From NCBI GenBank assembly GCA_964106915.2, contig OZ066917.1: DNA of 64,000 bases. One strand, given 5' to 3'. This stretch comes from Podarcis gaigeae (lineage: Eukaryota). Made by a program: the position numbers and the translations under genes. Shown here piece by piece: positions 49,398 to 61,797 of this stretch (its first letter is position 1; every line of letters starts with the position of its first letter). The notes beneath the pieces were generated by a model. That model did not search any database, was not told the origin of the DNA, and saw only the letters and a program-made list of their open reading frames with translations.

Positions 49398-50631
49398 GAT
49401 GACACCAGTAGCACAGCCAGGCCCTGCTGTCCATTGTCAACACAGTCTTACAAGCAAATAATAAGATAATAGGACTAAAATTTCAGCCTCTCAATTTCCA
49501 GCTCTCTATGTTGGTCTTATTTCAGCCACTTCTACTGTTGGGCAAAAATAATAGTTCCCAGTCAATGTGACAGCAATTAACACAAAGCTGTATTTTCAAT
49601 TCTGTATTTCAACTTCTCCATGAAGGAAGTATCAACAAAAGCAGTAGCCCAAGCTAGATTGATGATGATTAAATTATTTTCTCTTTGGACTGTTCATCAC
49701 ACCTAATTGACAACAATGAATAGAACAACAGCAACAATAAAAAAGATACAGTGCCTTTTACATTTTAAAACAAACATTTAATTTGCTTCCCAGGAAATTG
49801 CACTGTAGAAGCAAACAACTTGCCAGCATTGTGCATAATCTTTCATTCCCTATGATCTCTTATTAAAACTCAAGATGTCAAATGAACCAGAGCAACACCT
49901 GTACAGGAATCCTGAAATGGTTTCTCAGCAAAATAATAAGAAAATATGGTTTCACATAGAACACAACATTGTACTAATGAATGCACTATATAATGGATTA
50001 CAAATCATTCTTTGTGTGGTGGTATGAAGATCTCTGAACATCCCAGGTTGTTGTATTTTATATATACCAAAAAAGCCATACTTGCATTTTATATTACAAG
50101 CATGGGCTCATTAGCATTTAGAGACAGATTGCTCCTCACAATACCCAATCAGCTGTTAGAAACTTGGAGTAATAGGGACACTGAAATTTAAGAGTTAGCA
50201 CATCCCCTGCTTGCCATTTTTTCCCCAGGACATTAGATTAATTGCTCTCATCCACAGATGGGGATAATGCAACTGGGCTTATTGGTGGGAATGAGTAGCA
50301 ATTCCAAGGATTGCAGCATAATTAGCAGTGGTAGTAATGGCCATTTCAGATCTAAAGCTTTGGCATATGTCTTTTTGCCCAGTGATAGTTAACTGTACCC
50401 AAAGTAATTATTTGTGCACATCTGCAGAGCACATACTATTTCTTTGGGGTGGTGGTGTGTGAACTGAGTTGGTTATCTGGGTAAATGCTCTATTGTCCTA
50501 AATGAAAGAGAACAGATTTTGAACTCATTTTGAGCAAGGAAACTGATCAACAGTGCTCAACTAGACATAGAACTGGACACCTCAATTGGATTTGCACTCA
50601 AAATGGCAGCTAGCCTGACCGTATTTCATCA

Positions 50632-50744
50632 CAGATAGGTAGCCGCGTGTATCTGAAGAAGTGTGCATGCACACGAAAGCTCATACCAAGAACTAACTTA
50701 GTTGGTCTTTAAGGTGCTACTGGAAGGATTTTTTTTTGTTTTTA
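50632..50744. mobile_element. Penelope-like terminal-repeat insertion, copy 3
   Basis: One arm of the family preceded by an inverted piece of the tail (CAGATAGGTAGCCG); 12-bp TSD CGTATTTCATCA (50620-50631, 50745-50756). Confidence 0.85.
50649..50686 (+). ncRNA. Minimal type I hammerhead ribozyme motif (PLE-associated)
   Basis: GTATCTGAAGAAGTGTGCATGCACACGAAAGCTCATAC, identical to the minus-strand motif at 3693-3730. Predicted cleavage after C50682. Confidence 0.7.
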
Positions 50745-52944
50745 CGTATTTCATCAGTTTGCATCAGCTTCCTGGGCCAGGGACTATAAAGGAAAAGCTG
50801 CTACAAATGGCCAACCTGTCGCCTTCAAGGATGGCATAAGTGCTAGGGCGCCACTCCCTTAATTTGATGGTTGCTTTCTTATGGAGAAAATAAGTAGGAT
50901 TTTTTGGGAGCAATGCTTATAGGAATGAATGTAGAGCAGAAAGATGTAGAAGTTGTTCAATACCATGCAGAGTTGGCCCACTCTGTGTGTGAAACTAGGC
51001 AGTAGGACATGGGTGAGACTCTTAGGAGAAGCCCAGATGAAAAAGGCTCTCTTGCAGGTCCAGTCCAAGGCTGTGCCCTAGAAAGCCATCTCACACAACT
51101 AACTGGCTTCTTGGATAGTAGGTAAGATAAAGAGTGGTTGGCAAAGTAGCTTAGACATTGCAGGCCAATGAGGAGGAAGCCCCCACCCATCCCCATGCAA
51201 TGGAAACAAAGAGGGTAATTAGAGACCCAGGACGCTTATTTACAACCACAACTTTAGCCTGCAAATAAAGGATATAGTTATGCATACAACTTCCTCTCAT
51301 GTCAATAGGGCTAGGCATAATTAACTGTGTGCTGGATTGCAACCATGGCCTGTTGTTTTAACACAACAAAGGAGCACAATGACTTAAGAATGTACCAGTT
51401 TATGCATGTGCCATTCAGAAGTGTGAAAAGCAAATGTGAAAAGCAAGCCATTGCATTTAAGTGGCTTAGCTGGCAAAACAGTTTTTGCTGTTTGCAACCT
51501 TTACTGAGATACTTTGGGGAATTCCAGTGTACTTGACAAAATGTAGTTTTAAGGTATTCTTTTTTGAAAAACAACACATCCATTTCCCAACAGATGTGTC
51601 AGTGTAGCAAAGCTACACTATTTCTAGAGAGGGTGGAGAATAACTATGGCACCGGAAGGCAAACAGATTACATTTTGTAAGATCCACACTCCTATCTTTA
51701 ACTGCTTTTCAGTCGCAAATCTCTCTTAGTTTTTTGCAGTGCTTTGATTATCATATTCCTACAACATTATCCACTATGCAACGCATCTATTCTTCTTATG
51801 CCTCTTGACTAACTAAAACAAACTGCACTGAGGAAAAATTCCCACACTGCTGGGACATAAACAGCATCTATGTGGGAGAGTATATGTTCGTATCATTTCC
51901 TAATAACGCATTTCATTCCCAAATGAAATTTGATCCTGCCCTAATCATGTCAAAAACATTTCCCCCCTTAGCTGTCACTTTACTGTTCTCTTACCCAGCC
52001 CTTCCCTGTCTGATTCCTTCAATTTCTCTACATGAAATTTCTTAATTACATGAAAAAGCAATCCAGGCTGAGCTTTTTTTATTTTTAAATCCTATTCTGC
52101 CAATTAATGGCACAGGTCTGGTCAAGTCATTGTAAGGTTATCACCATCTTAAAACAGATTTCCTAAAATTTTCTTTGCTTTCCAATCTCTTCTTATGGCC
52201 GGACTACAGGGCGAAATTGCAGGTTTAACTTTACATAACCCACCAGAGGGAGCTCTGCCAATTGACATGAGGTAGTCATCTCTGCAGTGTTGAAGGTTCT
52301 ATGCTCTGGAAGCACTTAACTGGGCTGTCAGTCAGAACAATGTGTCAGAGTGTTTGTGGATGAGCACCTGTCCATTTATCATGACTGAAATGAATCAACA
52401 CATTGTTTTTTGTGCTCCAGCCTAGATTTGTGGGAGGATATTTTACAGTGCAATGGGGCTAATTCTCAGGAATGTCAGTATTTTGCGGGAGCGATTCAAA
52501 CACACGCCAGAGCTTTCAGTTTGAATGCTGAATAAACAGGTTGTCAGGCGGAGCCCTGAGCTCTTTAAAATAATTCTATTTATGGTCTAGAGGCACAAGT
52601 AAGTGAAAGGAAAAAAATGGAACGCAAGCCCAAAGACCAGGATAAGCAGATAGTAAATTTTGTATTCTTTCCAGGAACAAGTCTGTCCCTGGCAAAAGGT
52701 TACTGCTTCCAAATGTTTTAAATAATAGAAAGCAAGAGTAGCAGGCAGGTCACTTACAAAAAAATATTTGTCTGAAGTGTTTTCATAAAACAAGATATGT
52801 TACTTCTGTAGTGTAATAATGCACTTGAACACTTCTGCACTGAATCTGCATTTTCCTCACTCAGGCCACATCTAATAAAATACAGCAAGCAAATACTGAA
52901 GCTAAGCTTCCTGCAAAATTCTCATGTTTCTTTAAAGACATCAG

Positions 52945-52946
<2 letters not shown>

Positions 52947-52976
<30 letters not shown>
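52947..52976. repeat. (AC)n microsatellite
   Basis: Direct reading of the sequence. Confidence 0.95.
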
Positions 52977-52978
<2 letters not shown>

Positions 52979-53924
52979 ATGGTACCAAATGGTACCATAC
53001 AGAGAAGCTGATTCTGCTGCAAACATTACCAATAAATTCCTGTCCCTCCAAGGTTTCATCTGTCAATGATGCATTTAAATACCTACAGGTTGATCTGTTG
53101 TCTCCACAGGCCTTCTTCCCAGAATGATAAAACTGTAGAAAATAAAAAGATGCTACAATCTGTGCAGAATTGTTTTTCAGAGTTTCAAGCGTTATTTTGG
53201 TGCTGTTTATTAGGGGGAAGTAAGAAGTCACTTTCTTTCTCTGCTGTTGCTCTAAGAGACCCAAAGTGTTCTCTTTGTTTTTGGCTATATCTTTATTTAT
53301 TCCTGGCTCTGATCTGAATACTTTCTCTCAAGCCACAATGTGTTTTTTTTCAGTACAGCTTCAGATGATTAAAATTGCTTCTAGACACATACGCACAGCT
53401 ATTTAAAAAAAAAACACAAACAAAAACAAAGCACAGCTGAGTATATTCCAAAATTCCAGATAGCCTTTAAACATCTAAACATGGAGGCATGTTCAACAAA
53501 TGCTACCTTATGCCAGGTCTAACCATGCATTAAGTTCATCCGGGATTGCCTTGTGCTGAGCTGAATCTGGTTCCATCAATTTGAATTTTGAGCTGATTTG
53601 GTGATATTTAGGAGGGAGAATTTTCATGTTAAAAAGCAGCTGTGATTTCTTTTTCTTTTCTTTTCAAAAGAGTTTCAAGTTTCTTGCTATCTCAAGAAGC
53701 GGCATAGTTTTAAGCAAGTCTAGTACTGAGCTTCTATACCCCCCTCCACCCACAAAGACCCATACTACATCTTTCTAAGAAAAGGTATATGCTTGACGTG
53801 GCATAAAACTGTATCTGAGAAATGAACAAGTGCAGGTAAGTTTTCAGACCAAAAACTAATTTCCTAAATTGCTTGGGTTTCTCTCCACTTGCCAGCACTC
53901 AAACCCACCATTCCTGCTTTTCAG

Positions 53925-54075
53925 CTCTGGTATTTTCTACCCTGAACAGCAATGGCTCTTCAAGATCTCAAGCATATACATTCAACAGCACTGCTACCCA
54001 AGACCCCTTTAACTGGAGATACACCAAGGACTAATCCAGGAACCATATTCATGCTAGACCTCTGAATACTCCCTT
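53925..54075 (-). mobile_element. Decayed Squam3-type SINE
   Basis: CAGCAATGGCTCTTCAAGATCTCA...AACTGGAGATAC..GGACTAATCCAGGAACC resembles antisense Squam3. Confidence 0.45.
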
Positions 54076-54269
54076 GTCTGGAGATGCAGCTACAAGGCAG
54101 AGTTAAAGTCAATCAAACACTAAGCAGTTATCAGCTCTCATATATCACATTGCCCCGCCCCCTCTGGTGACTGTAGCCAATTACAGGAATCGCACCATGG
54201 TTAGATTCAGGAGACACTGGTTTAAGGAGGAAGCAGTTCTCATATTACTTCATTAGCCATGGTGCTGGC

Positions 54270-54560
54270 ATGGCCTTCTTGGTGGCAGTTCCATATTTGT
54301 AGTGTCCTCCCTGATGATGTGTGGCTGACTCACTTATTATTACTTTTCAAGAAGAATTTAAAAACATTCCTGTTTTAAATATACTGTTCCTGGCAACCTT
54401 GGAATTATTAACTGTGTGGGTATGTGACTGTCTTACATGCTTTTAGAAGTCTTTAATTGTTTTAAATATGCTTTTATTTTTAATTGTACTACTTTACAAC
54501 TTTGTTTTGCAGAGGAAGGATGGGATTAAATCATAGTAATAGCAATGGTATTAGTAATAG
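54270..54560 (+). mobile_element. Decayed L2 3' end
   Basis: GCCTTCTTGGTGGCAGTTCC (AF.VA.P) and TTCAAGAAGAATTTAAAAACATTCCTGTTT (FKKNLKTFLF), then a T-rich UTR and a (TAG/TAA)n tail. Confidence 0.55.
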
Positions 54561-55059
54561 TAATACATGATGTAGTTACTGTGCAATTAGTGATGCCATT
54601 ACCTGACATAGTCACTATTCTCCAATACAGTGGGATGGCACCTCTTCTCTCTCCTAATGCATAGGAGATTAGGGTGAAATATCCTGATTCCTGAATCAGA
54701 GGGCCTCTAATTTATAGTTATAATCGTGGCTTGATAATCATACTTAACAAGATGATACAATAGCAGTCATCATTAACCAGAAAAACAACAACAGCAAGAG
54801 GCAGCAAGCAGTGACAATTTTGCTATCTAGCAGTGGTAACGAGCGTGAAGGATGGTGACACATCCTCTTGCACTTATGCCATCAAGAAATATAGATAATA
54901 GCAGCAGAGGAAGAAAAGTGGCAGAGAAGGTGAGGAGGTGATTCATAGTTCTAGGAAGGGATAGATTAAACATTTTGGGTGGTCTGAAAGAAGAGAAAGA
55001 TGGCAGAACGTTCATGGTACAGATGAGAAGCAAAAATTGGCACCAGCTTTTCATAACTG

Positions 55060-55372
55060 AGTACCCTCTAGATGCAGCAGGACCACAACTCCTATCATCC
55101 CCCACCAGCACAGACAGTGCTCAGGGTTGATGGGAGTTGTAGTCCAACAACATCTGAAGGGCACCAGGATGGGAAAGGCTGATCTACACATACAAAGTGG
55201 GTAGCAGGAATGCAGCCTTAATCCAATTTCAAAATTGGGGATTTAAGGCAACCTTAAGAATTTTGTGCCCCTCCACATGGACTGCAGCTCCCATTATCCT
55301 TGACCATAAGGTCATGCTAGCTGGGCCTGACGAAGTTCAACAACATCTGCAGCGCCACAGGTTAGTCATCCC
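55060..55372. mobile_element. Two adjacent decayed hAT MITEs related to 16145-16280
   Basis: ACAACTCCTATCATCCC...GATGGGAGTTGTAGTCC..ACATCTG (55060-55181) and CTGCAGCTCCCATTATCC...ACATCTG (55265-55372). Confidence 0.65.
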
Positions 55373-56776
55373 TTGAAAATGGTCGTATTATCTCAGCTTC
55401 ATCTTTAAACCAGAGGCTGTGGCCTCAACAATAGCTCATGTCTCTAATCTTCCTGCACATTAGACGGAGCATATACTGCATTTGTGGCACATAGCAAGAC
55501 CCTCAAAATATTTTGAAAGCCGTGAATTATACATCACAAACATAGGAGAGTTAATAAAATCAACCACTGCAGCTGACATAAATTATTAATGACAAATGAG
55601 GCATATCATAAGGACGATTCTCCTCGCCATTGGCCTCCAAATCCACATACCACTAATATCAGAGCCAACCATTCATACCCTATGCATCCTTCATTTGATA
55701 CACCACACAAACGTTCTTCCTCTTTTTTTTTAAGTACAAGTGGAAGATAAAAGCTTGAGCAGCCATTGATTTTGCTCCCTTCAGCCTCCCTTGCTGGATT
55801 ATGCTGATCAAAAGTAATCTAATAGGCCACTGCAGGGCTGCTATTTTTTTTTTTTTTAACGCAGTAACTGTCAAGAACTTGTAATAGGACTCCACCACTA
55901 AAAATCACATCCTCACGGGAGGCCTAAATATTTGCACTGTAGATATAAAATCTCTCCCTGAACTGGCCATGCCAGCATTCAGGGGCTAATGGATCCCAAC
56001 TGAAAACACAGTTGAAATAATAATAATAATAAAATCACAAGTCAGCTGGGAGGGATCAAAGTTTCTCTGTGCAGCCAAAATTATGTGTGCTTGAGGTTCT
56101 GGCCATCAGCTCCATATATCTAGAATGTGGGAGATGCTTTAATCCGATGCCCAACATGAATGAAAAACCTGATATTATTGCAACATGCCAGAATTGTACA
56201 TGTACAGGAGAACGAAATGGACTTCTAATAAATTTGTGTTGCTATTCTACAAGCACTGTAATACTTTGGGGCATCCAGTGTGGTTTGTGGGATCCGGACT
56301 CAGATTGGCTGGGACAGAGAGCCCACCAAAACTATCAAAGAGTAACATTGGTGATATCACAGAACTGAACAGCAGCCAGTAATTCTGCAGGCTTCACCTT
56401 AACACAGGGCAGTTGTCTTTTCTAAAGCCGGATGTATTGTGCAATGTACAATATTATCATCTAATCAAAAACGTTTTAAAACAGCCTTTAACTCAGCAGT
56501 GCTAGAAGCAGTCATGCTACTCAAGAGTGCATTATTGAAGCCAGACCTCTGCAAAGGCTAATTCCTTTTTGCAGGAAGTCTGTACTAAGATTTGTGTGAC
56601 TGAAAACTTCAGTCTTCAGGTCTCAGCACAGTGGTGGGCGGGTGTTTCTGTGTTAGTTATCTGTCGGCCTGTGTATCTAAAATTGTCACAGGAAAAATGA
56701 GTTGTACATTTTCAAGCTCACACATCAGTATCCATTATGGATTGGAGGGGGGGGGTTATGCAACTGTACCCATTTT

Positions 56777-57112
56777 AAAAGGTTAAAAGGTAAAGGGACC
56801 CCTGACCTTTAGGTCCAGTCATGGCCGACTCTGGGGTTGCAGCACTCATCTCACTTTCTTGGCCGAGGGAGCCGGCGTACAGCTTCCGGGTCATGTGGCC
56901 AGCCGTTTCTGGCGAACCAGAGCAGCACACAGAAACGCCGTTTACCTTCCCACTGGAGCGGTACCTATTTATCTACTTGCACTTTGACGTGCTTTCAAAC
57001 TGCTAGGTTGGCAGGAGCTGGGTCTGAGGAACGGGAGCTCACCCTGCTGCGGGGATTCGAACCGCCAACCTTCTGATCGGCAAGTCCTAGGCTCTGTGGT
57101 TTAACCCACAGC
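56777..57112 (-). mobile_element. Sauria/Squam1-type SINE
   Basis: Antisense copy of 30766-31121 with an (AAAGGT)n tail; the 5' end is slightly truncated. Confidence 0.9.
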
Positions 57113-57214
57113 AATTATTTCTCAAATGTTTACACACTTAGGGTGAAACAGCTACTTAAAAACAGACACACAATGCAGTTAGCATAATATAGGTGTCAGA
57201 TGTGCCTGACCCAC

Positions 57215-57329
57215 ATCATAGAATCATAGAGTTGGAAGGAGTTCCAGGGGCATCTAGTCCAAGCCCCTGGAATGCAGGAATCTCAACTAAAGTATCCAAG
57301 ACTGATGGCCATTCAACCTCTGCTTAAAT
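57215..57329 (-). mobile_element. CR1 LINE 3' end
   Basis: (CATAGAAT)n tail and CATCTAGTCCAAGCCCCTGGAATGCAGGAATC, antisense of 16509-16591. Confidence 0.8.
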
Positions 57330-57332
57330 GAA

Positions 57333-57420
57333 GGCAGCTGCATTCTGAACCAGCTGTAGCATCTGAACTATTCCTAAGGGCATCTCTATACAGAGCATGT
57401 TACAGTAGTCCAGCCTAGTG
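57333..57420 (-). mobile_element. L2 ORF2 fragment
   Basis: Minus strand encodes RLDYCNML...LQLVQNAAA, hallmark L2 post-RT motifs. Confidence 0.7.
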
Positions 57421-58106
57421 TGTCTAGATAGCTGAAATAAGGTGAGATGTCTCCAGGCAGAGCAACAGCTAGGGCACTAGCATAACCAGGTAAAAAGCCA
57501 TCCTGGCCACCAGCACCAACTAAGCTTCAGGCGAGGGTTGGGGAGCAAAGGTAAGATTAGTAGCTTAGTTCCTATGACATTTAAGACAGCCCCACTTTAA
57601 AATAGAAATGGAATGGTTATTCTGAAGAAAGAAAGAAATTCACTTCCCTCCCTTTCACTTTTGAGGGTTTGAAATGTTTCAAGTAGATTTGTACCCTACA
57701 GAATTCAACACCTCCTCTTTGCTTCATTTGAGCTTAAACAGCCCATGCAGAGTATTTTCCCAGAAGCTTTATTATTCCCATAGGAATTTAAAGAATGATA
57801 TTCAGTTCTGATTCAGCTTCATTTTCTAGTAGAGAAAAGGGGGAAATGATAAGACTAGAGGGAAAGCATTAATATTTAAGCATTTTTGTAATATGTCAAG
57901 TTGTGATGCAGACACGAGCCAAACAAAGATCTAAAAGAATTGGCTGCCATTTGCACAAAGAAAAATAAGTAGGTGTTTAGCACACCGAAGGAAAGGCATC
58001 ATTTTTTATGATAAACTTTAAATGTTTTTCAGACAATTTATATGCCACACGAAATACTTAAAAGCAGCAAATACTTAAAAGCAGCCAGTCAATTAGTCAT
58101 GGGTTA

Positions 58107-58338
58107 CTATTATTATTACTTATTAATGTTCTATACCACCCTTTAGCCAAGGACCATAGGGCAGTTTACAATGAAAAACACAAAAATGCAAAACAATACC
58201 CCCCCCAAGTTCATAGATTGTTTAATCAGCCAAAGCTCTAAGACAAAAGGAATATTTTTGGCCTAAAGGTATTTTATGAAAACTCCAGACGAGCCTCCTT
58301 GGGAAAAGCATTCCATAAGCAGGTAACCAGTGTAGAAA
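58107..58338 (-). mobile_element. L2 LINE 3' end
   Basis: TATACCACCCTTT..CATAGGGCAGTTTACAA stem-loop, antisense of the 40540-40580 type; GCATTCCATA encodes (L)WNA on the minus strand. Confidence 0.6.
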
Positions 58339-58389
58339 CGTAATGTGCACAGCTATGACTACAATGTGCAAATGTGTTATGCTTTTGTA

Positions 58390-58763
58390 CAGAGGCGTCT
58401 TACCCATAGAGGCTAGTGGCGCGGGGAGCCAGGGTGCCAAGTTCTGGAGGGTGCCAGGGAAGAGGCAGAGGCTGGACGCCGCACCTCCCAGAATCAGCTC
58501 GCCGCCCTTGCCTGTCTCCGCCATGCTGCACCGAAGCAGCAACACACCCGGAGCCTCTGTCTGCCATGGCCACCGGGAGGCGCCGCGTCCAGCCTCTGCC
58601 TCTTCCCCACCAGAGGAGCTGCCCTCCAGCCGCTGCCCACCTTCTCCTCCTCCTCCGGCAGCGATGTCCTCCCTAAAAAAAGGTGGACAACTCTAGGAAA
58701 GAGGGGTGCGTGCGCTGGAGGGAGCTTTGCACCACGGCGTCAGATATGCTTAAGACGGCCCTG
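58390..58763. mobile_element. GC-rich non-autonomous hAT transposon
   Basis: TIRs CAGAGGCGTCTTA / TAAGACGGCCCTG; 8-bp TSD CTTTTGTA (58382-58389) / CTTTTGTG (58764-58771). Confidence 0.8.
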
Positions 58764-61123
58764 CTTTTGTGATATCTCAAATGTCCAAAGCCTCTATTAG
58801 CAAGCACAATGAAACAGGAATGAAATGGTAGGGCCCCGAGGGACTGCACTACTTCAACAGTGTAGGGGGCAATGTTATTTGCTCCAAAGTAACAAAATCC
58901 TTTGGGCCTAAAATATTTTTCCTGGTGAGCTATTTGTTCTTTTCCTTTGCAAGAATATGTAAGAATGGCACCACCTACCCAAACGCTGGCCTGAGGCATT
59001 TTTTGGCCAGAGACATAGGAGAAGCAGCCAGACTGAATCTTACTTTGACACTGGCAACAGGACAGCATCCTCCACTGCATTTGAAGACAGTGGAACAGCT
59101 TAGGAGCTGCAGAGTAATCCATGTGGCACACAGCTCCCCACTCCTCAGCATTAGCTGCCTGAAGCAGCTGCCTCATCCTTCCTCATGGTAGGGCCAGCCT
59201 TGCCCCACCCATAGTCTGAAATGGCACTGCTTATTCTGCCACCATTTTCTACTGCCTACATGGTCTAAGAGCTACAGTGTTATTTCTTCTTTAACCAGTA
59301 CACTGGTTACCAGCTGCAGTTGATAGACTGAAAGCACAACAGAGGTGTGAACACAATGGTAACAGAGTAAAGCCAAATAAAGCTTTATTAAATAAATATT
59401 TAGCAGTTCCTTTAGTTTCCTTGCAGCGCTTTGATATTATAATGCTTTCTATAGAAAAATAGTGGGGCCATTAGATTAGGATGACTTTTTTCTGGTATCT
59501 TTAAAGATCTCAAGAAGAGGCAGAAATTCAAGAGCTGCAGAAAGAATGATATAAAATGTTTCTCCCTGTTATCTCTGCCTTCTAAAGGTGCAGAATGTTT
59601 CCCCCACTAGTGCAGTGCTGCAGTATAGCATCACATCAACACAGTCAATAAATGGCTGCTTATTTTATTTGGGGGTGGTGGGTCTGCCACCATCCCTGGA
59701 CAGCCTCAGTACACAGGGCCAGCAGCCATTAAAATCCATCCTGGCTGGCTACACTGACTGCCCGCCAAAACTCCAGTTTTGAACCAGCCAATCAGGGGTC
59801 CCCTGGCAGGCTGAGCTTCACTGGCAGACCTTGAGTGGGAAGTTTCCATTCCAGTCCGCCAGTGCACCATTCCATTGCAATCCTGTATCAAACATGAGCC
59901 TTAGACTCAGAAGGATCTGTGTAGCAATGCCACCCCCCCCCCCGCGCCGTTTCAATTTTAGGCTAAACATGTGCTTTTCTTTTTGCTAGTTCTTCTAATG
60001 GCCCAATTACAATCTTTCTTTTTCTGTTTCTCTGGCAGATCACAAATATCAAAAAATAGGAGGTGAAATGTGACTTTAAAGTCTGCCAGATGGATAGCAA
60101 TACTTGGATGCAGACTTCCAAAATTCCTATTCATTTGTAACCCTTAATTATAAACATAATGGCTAGGGCTCCTTCTGGCATAAGTGGGAGGCGGCAGCAA
60201 TATTATTCGATTCCTCCTTCTCCCTGAAGCTTCCTCCCTGAAAAATCTGCTCTATTACTTTGGAGGATCTTCTGGAACAGTGTAGGAGGTAGTGCTAATG
60301 GCTGATGGGGAGGGAGAGAAGCAAAAATCAGTGGAAATTGCCTCTCTCCTGCCAGTGGAAGCCTCTGTTGGATCAGAGTATCTTCCGTGAAGGGAAGGAG
60401 TCCTTCTGTTCATGGAAGGGCAACTCAGGATGCAAACTAGAGAAATCAACGCAGATGCTGAATGTCTGCTTTTCACTCTGTTCCTTTACACACTAACCTT
60501 TCCCCTCTTATTTATTTATTTATTTAGTAAGGTAGTTAGTTAGTTAAATCTCCCCTCTCTGTGTCTCTCCATTTTAAAATCTCAAAGCAGTTCACAACCT
60601 AAATTAAAGCATCAAATTAGAACTTAAGGGAATAATTGCAAACTGAAATGGAAATGTGGAGAATTGACTTTAAGAGCAAAGAGAGAGAGAGAAACAAACT
60701 GAAACTGACAGATCTGCCCATCCCTCACCTTGAGTGTAACTGTACCACAGCGGTACTGTAATAAAACAGCTGAGATAAGAATTTGTACTATTTACTCCAT
60801 AGCACCTTACAGCCAACATATAGAGACTTATATCCTGCATTTGTATTCATACCTTCCACTTCTCACTTGTAGGGTGGATGTCAGGCTAATGAGCTTGAGA
60901 CAAGGTTCTGCTGACTCTCAGCACCTCAAAAACTTAATATTCCTTCTGTGCGGTGCTGCAAGTAGGAAAACCCAGGACAGTTATCCTGGTAGCAGGGCTG
61001 TACTTAGACTTGTTAGAGATAGTGGTTGCTTCCTTCTAAATGTCGTGCTTTTTTAAAAGTGAAATTCAGTGCAAAAGGTTGTCCCAGCAAACATCTACTT
61101 AGAATTAGAACCACTAAGGAAAG

Positions 61124-61282
61124 CATAGGGAACTCCTTATACTGAGTAGGACCTTTCAGTTAGCTAAGTATTATCTGCCCCATCCGGCGGCAGCTCTGCA
61201 AAAACCTAAACTGTCCAAGTTCTAACTGGAGATGCCTGGGATTGAACCTGGGTCTCTTTGCATGTTTACCACCACTGAAGTT
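61124..61282 (-). mobile_element. Squam3-type SINE
   Basis: CATAGGGAACTCCTTATACTGAGT tail and CTGGAGATGCCTGGGATTGAACCTGGG (B box, antisense). Confidence 0.75.
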
Positions 61283-61443
61283 CTGGGCAGGTGAAACATA
61301 AAGCAGGATGCTACTACATCATGTTGTAGTGCAGGTGAAACTTTTCTTTCCCTTAGCAGTGGGGCAGTGCTCTGCCACAGGCCTCTAACCTTTAAATAAG
61401 CATTGCTAGTGTGTGTATGTGATGTATAGGAGTGCATTAAAAC

Positions 61444-61797
61444 GTACGTTTCCGAGCACAATTCAAAGTGTTGGTGCTGACCTTTAAAGCCCTAAACAGC
61501 CTCGGCCCAGTATACCTGAAGGAGCGTCTCCACCCCCATCGTTCTGCCCAGACACTGAGGTCCAGTGCCGAGGGCCTTCTGGCGGTTCCCTCCCTGCAAG
61601 AATAAAAGCTACAGGGAACCAGACAGAGGGCCTTCTCGGTAGTGGCGCCCACCCTGTGGAACACCCTCCCATCAGATGTCAAAGAAAAAAACAACTATCT
61701 GACTTTTAGAAGACATCTGAAGGCAGCCCTGTTTAGGGGAGTTTATGGGCAGGGTACAAATTATTAGTATTAGTATTATTAGTATTAGTATTAGTAT
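61444..61797 (+). mobile_element. L2 LINE 3' fragment
   Basis: Encodes VRFRAQFKVLVLTFKALNSLGPVYLKERL...RAFSVVAPTLWNTLP...FRRHLKAALFR with one internal stop; (TATTAG)n tail. Confidence 0.9.

Noticed and set aside
58390-58763. CpG-island promoter or GC-rich coding exon (ORFs 58343-58696, 58416-58676)
   Set aside because: Bounded by TIRs and an 8-bp TSD. The ORFs are by-products of high GC.
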